The notes: a model not told the origin generated them from the letters alone. Counted from the first letter of the stretch, positions 36,450 to 48,124 are shown. The stretch is 64,000 bases of DNA from Candidatus Mycoplasma liparidae (GCA_009884515.1 RHHX01000001.1:254956-318955), one strand, 5' to 3'. Translations and numbers: made by a program.

Positions 36450-39400
36450 ATGTTTTCTAAAAAAAGTAAAAAATCTCTTTTAAATATTTGAAAAAGATTA
36501 TTAGGTTGATCTTCAATTTCAATTTTAATGTTGGGTGGATTATCTGGAGTTGCAGCATCTGGATATTATATGAGTCAAGATGCAAATTTAGGTTCAGATT
36601 TTGGTTCTGGAACTTCTTTCGATATTCAATTATCTCTTGATGAAACTTTAACTAAGGAACAAAACAATCAAGCAATTCAAGATTCAGCAGTTGCACTTGA
36701 AAATATTTTGAATAATTTGGGTTTATCTCAAGTTTTAGTAAATAGTGGAACAACAACAATTAATAATAATCAAACAGGCGGAATTAGTAAAAAATTCGGT
36801 GTTTTAAGTGCTAGTTTTGATACTTCAAATGAAATATTTGGATTATTAGATATTGATGAAAAAAATAATGAAATTATTAATAATTTCAAAATTTATTCTC
36901 AAGCTTTAAATACTTATAATGTTGAACTTGAAAATATTAGTACTGAATATCCAAATACAAAAACTAGACCAACTGGAAGAACAAATGGTATTAATGGTGT
37001 AATTCTTGATGAAACTACACCTGTTAATTCTTATTTTTTAAATGATGACAAAAATTATAAATCATTAAATGTTCATGATGGTAAATATTTTACTACGGAA
37101 AATGAACTTATTGATATTGGTGAAGCAGTTCAAATCGAATTACCAACCAATAAAGATTTTTTTGCTACATCAAATTTTATTAAAGACAAAAATGATTTTA
37201 ATGAATCAATAGTACCTCCAGAACCACCACCTACTGAAAGATATAAATCTTCTAAAGTTGGTGAAGAACCAGACCCAGAACCACCACCTCCAGATTTAAC
37301 TGATGCTTATCAAACTTCTCAATCTTGAATGCTTTGAAAAGATAAATCTTCATTTATTAATAAATTAAATAATTTGACTTATGCAAGTTTATATAATCTA
37401 TATGCTAATGGTGGAAGAACTGACATTGGAGAATCTAGTATGTCTGATCAACGTTGATTTATCGATCTTGAAGCTAATGCAAAAATTAATCGATATTTAC
37501 AAACATTAAATGATGTTGAAAGATTATTTGTTGAATTTGTTGGTGATCTTGTTTATTTTGATTTAATAGTTACTGAAGCTAATTTAATGACAATCTTATA
37601 TGATTTCTATAATTCAGAAGTATTTGCACCTAATAATTCATATAAAGTGGATATTGCATCAGGAACTCCTAGTAATAAACAATATTCAACTTCTATTATT
37701 AATGGTTGATATTTTCTTGAAAGTGACAACACTGATTTAAGTTCATTATTTGGAACATCTTTATACGGAATGATTGATTATCGAAATTATAAGAATTATT
37801 TCTTTGATGATAATAATGTTGTTATTCAAAATGCGGATGAACCTATTCTTGAATTTAATGATAATTCAATTAGAATAAAACCCAATTCTAAAGTTGATAG
37901 TATCAATATTAGTCCAACTACCCTAAGAAACAAATTAATAGAAACAAGAATTCCTGTTGATTATGGTAATTATTCAAGAAATTTAGTTCTTTTATTTGAT
38001 GAATATCAAGCAATAAATGCATGAAGTGGACCAATTTATAAGCCTGATACTGATACTCAAATACTAACTGATGAAGCTAATCAAAGAAAAGAAAAAATTA
38101 GTAATTTATTTAGTAGTAATACATTATTATCTTTTTCTGGATCTAATATTAGTACTTTAGGTTTAACCTTTATTGGATTATCAGCTTTTGATTTCTTTAT
38201 ATTCTCATTGATTATTTTAATTTTAACAATTGGGATAATTATTTCAGTTTTATATCGATTCCCAGGATTTATATCATTTATAATGGGAGCATCAGCTTTC
38301 GGGTTTTCTATTTTATTTTTCAATTTATTTGGATTAACATTTAATTTCTATGTTTATGCAGCACTTTTTGTTGCAGCATTTATTAATTTTTTCATTCCGT
38401 TATTATTATTTAAAAATGTAAAGAAGGAAGTCAAGCAAGGATCAATGATTGCACCTGCTTTTCAAAAATCAATGTTTAAATATAGCAAGATGTTTGTTGA
38501 TATTTATATAGTTGAAATAATAATAGCGCTTTCGTTCTTTTTCTTTGCAACATCACAAATTTCATCATTTGGAGCAATGTTAGTCGTTAATGCACTGGTT
38601 TCTTTATTAATTAACTATGTATTACTATATTTATTGTTAATAATTTTAATTAGAGTTTATTCAAGTAAAATTAATTTCTTATTTGCTTCTAAAAGAACAT
38701 TATCAATTAATGATCATATAAATAGTGAAGCTTTAAGTTCAAATACAATTGCTAATTTAGAAGATTCTAAATTTAAAAACTTAATTAGAAGTAAACACTT
38801 TTTTACAATAAAATTGTTTAATAAAAGAAACATGTTCATTGCAGCTTTTCCATTTGTAATAGCAATTGTTGGATTTATCTTATTTTTTGCTCTTCCAAAT
38901 GGTGTTGCTGGTTTTAATGGTCAAACAACTGTTGGATCGACTTTAGTTATTAATAACTTTAATATTATCGGATGAACACCACAAGAAATTCTTAAAATGC
39001 TTAATTTAGAAGAAGCAAGTTTCTTTTTAAATATTGATAATGACCAAATGATTATTGCTATTGGTAGTAATTATATAATTCCTACAATTAATAATCCTTT
39101 ATTAACTAATAATTTAAATATTTTTGATTTAAACTTTGTTGCTAATGAAAACTTATTGGCATCGATATCAAATGGAATATTCTTTAGTATGTTGTTTTTA
39201 ATAGTTTGATCTGTTATTTCTTTAAATATTATTTCTGTAATTCCAATTTTAATAATTAATATTTTCTCAACAGGAATATCATTATTATTATCTTGATTAT
39301 TGATTAATTTAATTGGGGTGGAATCAATGGCTTTTGTTAGTATTATTTATGTTTTAAATTCAATACTATCTTTTATTATTGTTTCTTCTTTAAAATCAAG

Positions 39401-39752
39401 TTGAAATCGTAAAAAAGGTGTTTCACATGAATCTTTAAAAGATATTGTTACTCAAATTACTGCTAGATTAAAACCAACATTAATTATTTGAAATACCATC
39501 TTATTATCATTTACATTATTAATGGCTGCTTTTGGAACTGCTAATTTAGTTGTTGGGTTTTTATTGGTTTTCATAAATAGTATAATTATTTACTTAATTA
39601 GCTTATATATCCTTCCTCAACTATGATATATGTTTGTTATTTTAAGAGATAAGTATCAAAATGAAATTAATAATATTTCAAGCAAAAAAATTAGACCATC
39701 AAGTTATGATGTTGTCGATGAACAAAATATAAAGGGTATTAATCACCATTAG
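36450..39752 (+). CDS. secDF: Protein translocase subunit SecDF fusion (1100 aa) with a Pro-rich insert
   Basis: All track fragments (36528, 37770, 38208 and 38997) are in one frame, with gaps checked as TGA only. There are two clusters of about 6 TM helices. It lies next to apt and relA, as in Firmicutes. Confidence 0.75.
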
Positions 39753-39760
39753 GAGTATTT

Positions 39761-40300
39761 ATGAATGAAAATAAACTTAAATTAGTAATGGATAAAATCA
39801 TTACTATTAAAGATTTTCCAAGAAAAGGCATTGCTTTTAAAGATATAACGCCAATTTTTAAAGAACCTGAGTTAGTTAGGATCATTACTAATGCTTTTAT
39901 TGAAAAAATAAAAGATATTGAATATGACATTATTGTTGCTCCTGAATCAAGAGGATTCTTATTTGGAGTAGCTTTATCATTAGCGGTTAATAAACCTTTA
40001 GTGCTAATTAGAAAGCCCGGAAAATTACCAAGAGAAGTTATTTCAATTGATTATGGACTTGAATATGGGAAATCAACAATTGAAATTCATAGAGACGACA
40101 TTAAAAAGAATGATCGGATTCTAATCATTGATGATTTATTAGCAACTGGTGGTACTATTTTTGCTATTGAAACTCTAGTAAAATCAGTGGGAGCAATTTC
40201 AGTTGCAAATTTGTATTTAATTGAATTAGTCGGCTTACAATCTAAAAAATTAGAAAGTGAAAAAATCTCTTTAATAAAATATGAAAAACCATATTTATAA
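39761..40300 (+). CDS. apt: Adenine phosphoribosyltransferase
   Basis: It has the PRPP motif ILIIDDLLATGGT and DFPRKGIAFKDITP. Confidence 0.93.
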   Translation: MNENKLKLVMDKIITIKDFPRKGIAFKDITPIFKEPELVRIITNAFIEKIKDIEYDIIVAPESRGFLFGVALSLAVNKPLVLIRKPGKLPREVISIDYGLEYGKSTIEIHRDDIKKNDRILIIDDLLATGGTIFAIETLVKSVGAISVANLYLIELVGLQSKKLESEKISLIKYEKPYL

Positions 40301-40315
40301 TAATTATTTAAATTT

Positions 40316-40357
40316 AAACTGATCATTTTCCATAATTTGAAAAATGATCAGTTTTTT
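40316..40357 (+). terminator. Rho-independent terminator after apt
   Basis: The stem aaactgatcattttc / gaaaaatgatcagttt is followed by a T run. Confidence 0.8.
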
Positions 40358-40429
40358 ATAATTAAAAGTTTTAATTCTATTTGGTATACTTTATTAAAGT
40401 ATTTAATTTTTTTGAGGTCATTATATAAT

Positions 40430-43400
40430 ATGGAAAATACAAATAAAATCATAACTAGAGAGATAGCAGAGAAAATTCTTAAGAATAATATTGCTAAGGA
40501 AATTCAAGAATCAGATTTATGAGAATATGATGAAATAGCTGATAATGCTTTTTCTAATTTTACTGATCTTATTTCAATTCGAATTGGTGACAATATTAAA
40601 AAAATAGGAGCTGAAGCTTTTAGTTGATGCTCTGAACTTATTTATGTAAAACTTCCTAATAATTTAGAAATTTTAGAACAAAAAGTATTTTCTTTTTGTA
40701 TTAATTTAACAAAAATTATCTTTAGTAAAAATCTTTTAAAAATTGATGCATCTGCTTTTGAAAATTGTGAAAGCTTAATTAACTTAGAATTACCAAATAC
40801 TTTAACTGAAGTTGGTGCAAGTGCTTTTATGAGTTGTTCATCGATTAAAGAGTTTATTTCACCTCAAAGTTTAACTTTAATTGGAGTTAGCGCTTTTTCA
40901 AATTCTATTAAATTAGAAAGATTTACTTTTTCTAACCAAATAAGTGTTATTCCAAGTCGTTTATTTAAAGATTGTATTTCTTTAAATAATGTTTTAATTC
41001 CCACTAGTGTTACATTAGTTGAAAATAATGTTTTTACAGGATGTGAATCTTTAACAGGGATTAATTTTCCAGAATCAATTGCAACTTTTGGAACTTTTAG
41101 TTTCACAGGATGTAAAAGTCTTATTGAAATAAGAATACCAGAACAAGTAACAGATTTACCTAATAGAGCTTTTAAAGACTGTCTTTCATTATTAAAAGTT
41201 CATTTTAATCATAATTTAGTTAGAATGAGTAATTATGCATTTGCTAATTGTCCTTTATTAAAAACAGTTAATTTACCAGAATCATTAGAATATATTGATC
41301 GAAACACTTTTTTAGATTGTGCTAATCTTGAAAGCATTGATATTAAAAATAAAGTAAAAGAAATTGCATATGGTGCTTTTAAAAACTGTTATGCATTAAA
41401 TAATGTTGTTCTTCATGATGGTTTAAAAATAATTGGAGAAGTTAGTTTTTCTAATTGTTATTCACTTAAAAAAATTTATATCCCTGATTCAGTTACTCAA
41501 ATCGGTCAAAGAGCATTTTCAAGATGTAATACTCTTGAAGAAGTTAGATTTTCAAATTCAATTATTTTAATTCCAGCAGGATGTTTTATTGAAAATAAAA
41601 ATTTAAAGAAAATTATTTTACCAGAATCTATTATTAAAATAGATCATTTTGCTTTTGAAAACTGTAAATTAGTTGAAAGTATTGAATTTAATAAAAATCT
41701 TCAAGTAATTGAAAAAGGTGTTTTTCAAGGATTGGGAAAATTAGAAGAAATAACAATTCCGGCATATTTATATAAATTAAACAAATATGCTTTTTACAAT
41801 TGTCCTAATGTTAAAAAAATTACTAGTCCTAATAAATTTTTAGAAACGATTGTTGATTGATTTAATCAAGACTTATCAAAAGTTGTCTTAGTAAACTCTG
41901 ATATTGTTGAAACACCTGAAGTAATTGAAAATATTGAAGAATATTTTGAAATAAATGATCAAGTTATTTTAACTAATGAATTATTAGATATTAATGATTA
42001 TTACAAAGAAGATGTGCCTGAAGTTAATGATGATCATGAATTAATCGTTATGAATGACCTTTCTGAAAAAGAACCAGTTGAATACTTTGAAATAGATGAT
42101 CATGCTATTTTAACTAATGAGTTATTAGATGTTAATGATTATTACAAAGAAGATGCTCCTGAAGTTAATGATGAGCCTGAATTAATCGATATGAATGACC
42201 TTTCTGAAAAAGAACCAGTTGAATACTTTGAAATAGATGATCATGCTATTTTAACTAGTGAATTATTAGATATTAATGATTATTATGAAGAAGATGCTTC
42301 TAAAGAATCTAAAATTGATGACAAACCAACTCAAAATGAAGAATTATTAAATGTTAGTGATATTTTTGAAGAAGAAGATTATAAAGTTACTGATGATCAT
42401 GAATTAATCGATATTAAAGATATGTTTGAAGAAGATAGTAATGGTATTATTAGTGAAACTATTTGATTAGACAATAAAAAAGAAGAGTTATACTCTCAAA
42501 TTCCAATTGATGTTACAAGACAATTTGAAGATAATATTGATGGCGAATACATCAATATTCTAACAAAACAAATAGCTGATAAAATCTTAACAAGAGAATT
42601 TGCTCCCGGAATAAATAGTATTGAACTTAAAGAAAAGAATCTAATGGGTTATACAGATATTTTTGATTCTGCTTTTGAAGGCAATAATGTAATTAATAAA
42701 GTAACTTTTCCTGAAACAATTAAATATATTGGAGCAAATGCTTTTAAAAATTGTGAAAATTTAAGAGTAATTATCATTCCTGAAACTGTAATTGAAATTG
42801 TTCAAACAGCTTTTGATAATTGTAATAATTTAGAAGTGGTAATAGTACCAAAAAAATTCATTAACCAATTTGAAAATGGTAACATCACTATTTCACATGT
42901 TGTACAATTTGAATCAAAATTTAATAAAAAAAGACTTTTAACAAAAGAAATAGCTAATAAATTATTTACTAAAAAAAGAATGATAGCTATTAATCATATT
43001 ATTACAAAAGACAATTTAAAAAATTATCACGGAATTAATGATAATGCTTTTGAAAACTTTACAAAACTAATTGCGATCGATATTCCTGATAATTTTGATA
43101 GAATTGGTGATTCTTCTTTTGAAAACTGTTCATCATTAGTTGATATTAGAATTCCGGAATCAATAACTGAAATCGGTTATCAAGCTTTTAGAGGTTGCAG
43201 TTCACTTCTTGAAATTCAATTACCTAATTCAATCATTAAAATAAAAAGTAGAACATTTAAAGATTGTTCAAAACTTAGACAAATTAACTTTTCAAAAAAA
43301 CTAAGAGAAATTGGTAACAGAGTTTTTGAAGGATGTAATAAATTAGAAAAAATATATTTTCCTGATACAGTTAATTTAATTGGTTATTCAGCTTTTGAAG

Positions 43401-44533
43401 CTTGTAGTAATTTAACTGAAATTAAATTATCTAATTCTTTGCAAATAATTTCTAATTCAACTTTTGCTGAATGTAAAAATTTAACTTATATTAAATTACC
43501 TAATTCAATTATTAAAATTGAAGATAATGCTTTTGAAGCTTGTAGTAAATTATTTGGAATATCAATTCCTGATAAAGTAGTTGAAATCGGTAATAATGTT
43601 TTTGCATTATGTACAAAATTAAATAATATTGATATTAATGATAATCTTGAAAAAATTGGTAATTTTGCTTTTTTAGATTGTAAATCACTTGTTAAAATTG
43701 AATTACCAAAGAAAATAACAACAATTTCAACTGGTTTGTTCCAAAATTGTTCAAAACTTTCTCATGTTTCAATGTCTGAAAATATTACTAAAATTGAAGA
43801 TCTAGCATTTAACTCTTGTAGTTATTTATCAAAAATAACACTTTCAAAAAATATTACATCAATTGGTGAAAGTGCCTTTAAAGATTGCTTTAGATTAGCA
43901 TATATTAATTCACCTGAAGAATTAACAACAATTGCTGATAAAGCATTTAAAAATTGTTCTAAATTAAAAGAAATTACTTTATCTAATAAATTAACTTCAA
44001 TTGGAAATAGAACTTTTAAAGATTGTCTAAGTTTAGCTAAAATTAATATTTCAAGCTTAATAACCGAAATTAAAGATAGTACTTTTGAAGGATGTTCTGA
44101 TCTAACTAAAGTTCATTTTAGTCAAAACAATCTAACTAAAATAGGAAGTTCAGCTTTTTACGGTTGTTCTAAACTATCATCAATACTATTTCCAGATTCA
44201 GTTACTGAAATTAATTCTCAAGCATTAGCAGAATGTGAATCATTAACAAGTGTTAATATTCCAGATAACTTAAAAGTTCTTTCTGAAAAATTATTTAAAA
44301 ATTGTTCAAAATTAAAAACAGTTATTATTCCTAATAATATTTTAATTATTGAAAATAATGTTTTTGAAAACTGTGTTTCATTAAAAGAAATTAAGTTTCC
44401 AAGAGAAATAACGCAACTAGGCGAAAATATTTTTTTAAATGCTATAGCAATTGAAGAAATAATGGTTCCAACGAGTTTAAAAGAATTTAAAAAAAGTTTT
44501 AATACTATTTGAAGTATTATTAAGTGATACTAA
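40430..44533 (+). CDS. Giant BspA-like leucine-rich-repeat (LRR_5-type) protein, 1367 aa, with a central acidic repeat region
   Basis: Track ORFs 40337, 40829, 42014 and 42644 are all in one frame, with gaps checked as TGA only. There are dozens of ~23-aa units of the type IxIPxSVTxIGxxAFxxCxxL. An RBS tgaggt lies upstream. Confidence 0.85.
41939..42300 (+). repeat. 141-nt coding tandem repeat (about 2.6 copies, 47-aa acidic unit)
   Basis: Units start at 41939, 42080 and 42221 and encode EYFEIDDHAILTNELLDVNDYYKEDAPEVNDEPELIDMNDLSEKEPV. Confidence 0.9.
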
Positions 44534-44579
44534 CCCACCACTTATGGAACGATAGTAAGTACACAAAACTCAAGTAATA

Positions 44580-44850
44580 GTTTTAAGTCATTATTCGGTT
44601 TAACTAATCATGCTTTTTGAAGAGGAATTTTTGACCTCTTTTTTGCTTTTTCCACTTATATTTATTACTATTTTAGGATTTTTATTAGGATATGATTAAA
44701 TATTAGGTATGGCTTTAAGTATTGGTCAAATAGCTATTGCAATCATTATCTTACCAACTAGTATTTTTGAATTTAAAAATAGACTCTTATGAAGTGAACC
44801 TGTTTCCACACCAATTAAGACCTTATTTTTATGTTAACAATCAGTTTTTA
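44580..44850 (+). pseudogene. Fragment of an ABC-2 permease paralog (compare 58952-59914)
   Basis: It is collinear at roughly three-quarters nt identity with 59000-59290 (estimated by eye), for example aatcatgctttttgaagagga versus aatcattctttttgaagagga. It contains multiple stops. Confidence 0.7.
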
Positions 44851-44857
44851 TTATATT

Positions 44858-44968
44858 ATTGTAATTGAATGTGAAACTAATGATCAATTAGATAATAGTG
44901 AAAAATATTATATAGACTATTATGATTCTTTTAATAATGGTTATAATTTAACAGGTAGAAATAAATAA
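44858..44968 (+). pseudogene. C-terminal fragment of a GIY-YIG-type nuclease gene
   Basis: It reads SEKYYIDYYDSFNNGYNLTGRNK-stop, which resembles the ...YWI..Y.....GYN end of the GIY-YIG domain. There is no N-terminal part. Confidence 0.4.
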
Positions 44969-45240
44969 TTAATAAAATAAAAAAAAACTTTAGTTTTTAC
45001 TACCTTCAATATATGAAATGGATTTTCCTATTTTAGATGTAATTATCAATCAATCTTGATATTAAACATTAGATTTTGCATTAAAAAGTATGATAGATCT
45101 CATAATATAGAAGAAGTTAATAATACTTAACTAAGAAAAATTATTATTATGTATGATTATAAAGTTTATGTTAAGGCATAAAAACAAGTCATTTAATGAT
45201 TTATTCTATTCAGAAATATATTTTAAATAGATTTTGATAT

Positions 45241-45280
45241 AATTAAATTAGCAAATTATTAAAAATTTGCTAATTTAATT
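45241..45280. promoter_or_regulatory. Perfect 16-bp inverted repeat ending 4 nt upstream of a small ORF
   Basis: The arms are aattaaattagcaaat and atttgctaatttaatt, with an 8-nt spacer. Confidence 0.4.
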
Positions 45281-45283
45281 AAT

Positions 45284-45427
45284 ATGAAAGGAATAAATAT
45301 GGATAATAACAATAATAAAGCAAATCAAGTGAATAATAACAACACTGATCAAGCACATAATAATAGTCAATACAACAGCACTAACGATAATAAAGCAAAT
45401 CAAATGAATCCGAATAATAAAAAATAA
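45284..45427 (+). CDS. Small Asn/Gln-rich protein (47 aa)
   Basis: The product is MKGINMDNNNNKANQVNNNNTDQAHNNSQYNSTNDNKANQMNPNNKK. It is framed by a palindrome upstream and a strong terminator downstream. Confidence 0.35.
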   Translation: MKGINMDNNNNKANQVNNNNTDQAHNNSQYNSTNDNKANQMNPNNKK

Positions 45428-45443
45428 TTATTATCTAAGATTG

Positions 45444-45489
45444 ATGTAAAAAAAAGCTTCACTTTTAAAAGTGAAGCTTTTTTTTACAT
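45444..45489. terminator. Bidirectional terminator (19-bp perfect arms)
   Basis: The arms are atgtaaaaaaaagcttcac and gtgaagcttttttttacat. Confidence 0.8.
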
Positions 45490-45519
45490 CATTTTACTAA
45501 TTTTATTGATTACAATTGA

Positions 45520-45987
45520 TTATTTTTTTGTTCTTATAAATTCAATAGGAAAATACAAGCAAATAATTTTTGTTTCGTTATTATCAAATCTTTTTATATT
45601 ATCAGAATTATTTAATGTTTTTAATCTAATAACAACACCTATTAATCTGCTAGTTTTAATATCACATATTCTTCTTTTACAAAAATCTACTCTCTTGTTT
45701 ATAACGGTTTCAGTAGGATAATTATTTTTAACAAATTCTTCAATTTCATTCTTTTTTATAATATATGCTTGTTTATTTTTTATTTCTTTTTCAACACCTA
45801 AATAAAAAATTGAAGAGTTATTAGTTTTATCAAATGCTCTAGATTCAAAATCTCTTTTATTCATATCAGAAAGTTTATTAAATTCCAAAATTATATTTTT
45901 AATAAAATGAGGATCAATTTCAATTAAATCTTTCAAATTTTGCTTCTTTAAAAAATTAAAATTCATAAAAAGTTGGTGTTTATTCAT
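45520..45987 (-). CDS. Unknown 155-aa protein, translationally coupled to the Panacea-domain gene (candidate toxin partner)
   Basis: ATG 45985-45987 lies one nt after the upstream stop (45989-45991). The track ORF's TTG start at 46029 is the alternative. I recognised no motif. Confidence 0.55.
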   Translation of the reverse strand: MNKHQLFMNFNFLKKQNLKDLIEIDPHFIKNIILEFNKLSDMNKRDFESRAFDKTNNSSIFYLGVEKEIKNKQAYIIKKNEIEEFVKNNYPTETVINKRVDFCKRRICDIKTSRLIGVVIRLKTLNNSDNIKRFDNNETKIICLYFPIEFIRTKK

Positions 45988-45988
45988 A

Positions 45989-46459
45989 TTAAATAATAAG
46001 TTTAGATGAAAAAAATTCTTGAATTTCAATTTTATTTATTGAATTAAAGCCAATTGGTTTATTTGAATTATGAATTCAGGGATCTGTTTCATGAGAAAAT
46101 TCTACAAGATTGTATACACCCATTTTTATTAATGCAGTGATTAATTTTTTCAGATATTTAATTTCTTCTTTACTATATGTTTCTTCATCAAAAGAAAAAA
46201 TTTTATTTATTAAAGAAGGGTTATTAATATTATCTCTATATTGCACTTCTACAGGGCCATATTTTCAAGATTCAAATTTTGGATCTCAAAGATCTTTTTT
46301 AAAATTTTTATAAAAACCACCATAAACAAAATATAAAATTTTGTGCATAACTAATTCAGAAATAATTTCTGTTTTTTCATCTAAAGTATTTTTATTTCTA
46401 AAAACATCTATTTCTAAGGCAACATTTTTTATAAAATCAATTAAGTTTGTACTTTTCAT
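45989..46459 (-). CDS. Panacea / DUF4065 (SocA-like) antitoxin-domain protein
   Basis: The frame was checked as open with 3 TGA codons (156 aa). It reads HKILYFVYGGFY...FESWKYGPVEVQYRD...EFSHETDPWI, matching the KLLYxA...AWxYGPV pattern. Confidence 0.6.
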
Positions 46460-46562
46460 GTCAAGCCCTCTTTTAGTAATTATAATATATCAAAAACATA
46501 TACTTATCGTTTAGTAGTAAATATTATGTAAAATCTACTAATTTTCAATTAAAATATCAATT

Positions 46563-47180
46563 TTATTTTAATTCTATTTCATATCTAAGAATAGTTTTAA
46601 GATTCTCTGTTTTAGTTTTTCTAAAATCAGATAAATATATTTCTTGATGAGTTAAATTTTTTATTTTATATTCACTATCTTTAATAAATGCTTTTATTTC
46701 ATCAAGAGTTTTCTTTTCTTCATCAAATGAACCGATATGTAACATTTGAACAACTAAATGTTCGTCTTTAATTTCAAAGTAAAAATTATTTAAATAATCA
46801 AAGTCCATTTTTTCTTTTAATTGATTAAATAAGTCTTGATTAAAGAAATCTGGTTGCCTAATCATAATAGTATAAATTAGTTTCTCTTTATCAATATTTT
46901 CTAATGTTATTTCTTTTTCAGATAAATCTCATTTACCTTCTAAAGGATAGACTACATAATCAGTATAACGATTAGCAATTAGTTCTTTTTTTAAAAGTAA
47001 TATTTTAGCTTTATAAGAGAATTGATAAAGTGCTTGTATTTTAGCTGCAAATTCATCACTATTAGAATTACCTTTACCATTAATACAAAGATAATTCTGC
47101 TTATTAATTTTTATCACACGAGGAACTTTACTTAAGCTATATATTTCTTTTTCAAATTTTCTTCAATTATTTTTTTTCAT
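46563..47180 (-). CDS. GyrI-like small-molecule-binding domain protein
   Basis: Two track ORFs are in the same frame (checked; 205 aa). Motifs are YVVYPLEGKWDL, MLHIGSFDEE and HQEIYLSDFRKTKTENLKTILR. Confidence 0.6.
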
Positions 47181-47280
47181 ATTTAAATTTTACTATGTTT
47201 TTAGATTGTTAAATATTTATATCTTGATTTTAATTATTTATAAATTTATATTACAATATTTTTATAAGTGGTAATTATTC

Positions 47281-47941
47281 TCATAGGTTAGGCTTGACCA
47301 GATACAGGGCGCTATAAAAATATTGTATGGAATCATAAATTAAAAACCTTCTTCCTTACCAATGAAGGTTTTTTTCATGAAATAAAAAGGTTTTAATACA
47401 TAAAATGCAAGACATAATTAATAGATTAGAAAAAATTTTTGAAAACAGCACAGGAATTCATACTACTTTTTCTAATAAAAATATACTTCATTTAAAATTT
47501 AGTATTAATTCTTTACCACATTGTTTTGGAATACAAGAAATACAAAGATATATAAAACTAAGTCCTGGAGATATTCTAGATAAAATAAAAAAAAATGAAA
47601 TAAATATTGAAAAGATAAGGAAAAACCTAACAATAAAGAAAGATGATAGAGCAACTATATATAATAAAATTGAATGCATCAACGTTTTTTTAAATTTAAA
47701 AATAAATGACATTAATAATATTTTTTTATTTAAGGATATAAATTTTGAAAAATATTCAGTTGACTATGTTCTTTTATATAAAAAATATTTATTATGTTTT
47801 AACTCATCTATTAAAAATTCAAAGTCAGATCCTAATTTTGATAGTGTTTATATTATGTCTATAAGAAAAATTACAAATGACAAACAATTAAAAAATTTTT
47901 TAACAGAAAATAATCATATTACATATATGGAAAAATAAAAT
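47281..47941 (+). repeat. Intact copy of the repeat unit (leader, hairpin and 177-aa ORF) also present, degraded, at 21961-22573
   Basis: See the feature at 21961-22573. The hairpin arms 47342-47351 / 47364-47373 carry a compensatory change relative to 22036-22045 / 22059-22068. Confidence 0.85.
47405..47938 (+). CDS. Hypothetical 177-aa protein (island-associated family)
   Basis: This is an intact ORF in the track. The HLKFSINSLPHCFGIQEI segment vaguely recalls the HLxGL core of PBECR-type nuclease toxin domains, but that is speculative. Confidence 0.55.
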   Translation: MQDIINRLEKIFENSTGIHTTFSNKNILHLKFSINSLPHCFGIQEIQRYIKLSPGDILDKIKKNEINIEKIRKNLTIKKDDRATIYNKIECINVFLNLKINDINNIFLFKDINFEKYSVDYVLLYKKYLLCFNSSIKNSKSDPNFDSVYIMSIRKITNDKQLKNFLTENNHITYMEK

Positions 47942-48124
47942 TAGTTTCAAATAAATAACCATTATCCATAGAATATTTAAAAGATTATTCAACTTATCTA
48001 GATAATTTATTTTTCATTTCTCTATTTATTTTATTTTTAACAATAGTTTTGAGTTTTTGTAAAATAAGATAAATATAAAAAAGCTGAATAATTTTTAAAT
48101 TTTTATAAATGATAAACTGTATCT

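Noticed and set aside
41939-42300. Tandem repeats considered as a possible CRISPR array (also 16521-16640)
   Set aside because: The units are directly adjacent with no spacers, are in frame within long ORFs and encode peptide repeats. No cas genes are present.
47283-47312. GC-rich patch (ataggttaggcttgaccagatacagggcgc) considered as a tRNA fragment or att site, or a small RNA
   Set aside because: I could not fold a cloverleaf or match it to any tRNA in the cluster. The corresponding part of the other repeat copy (21961-22000) is not conserved.
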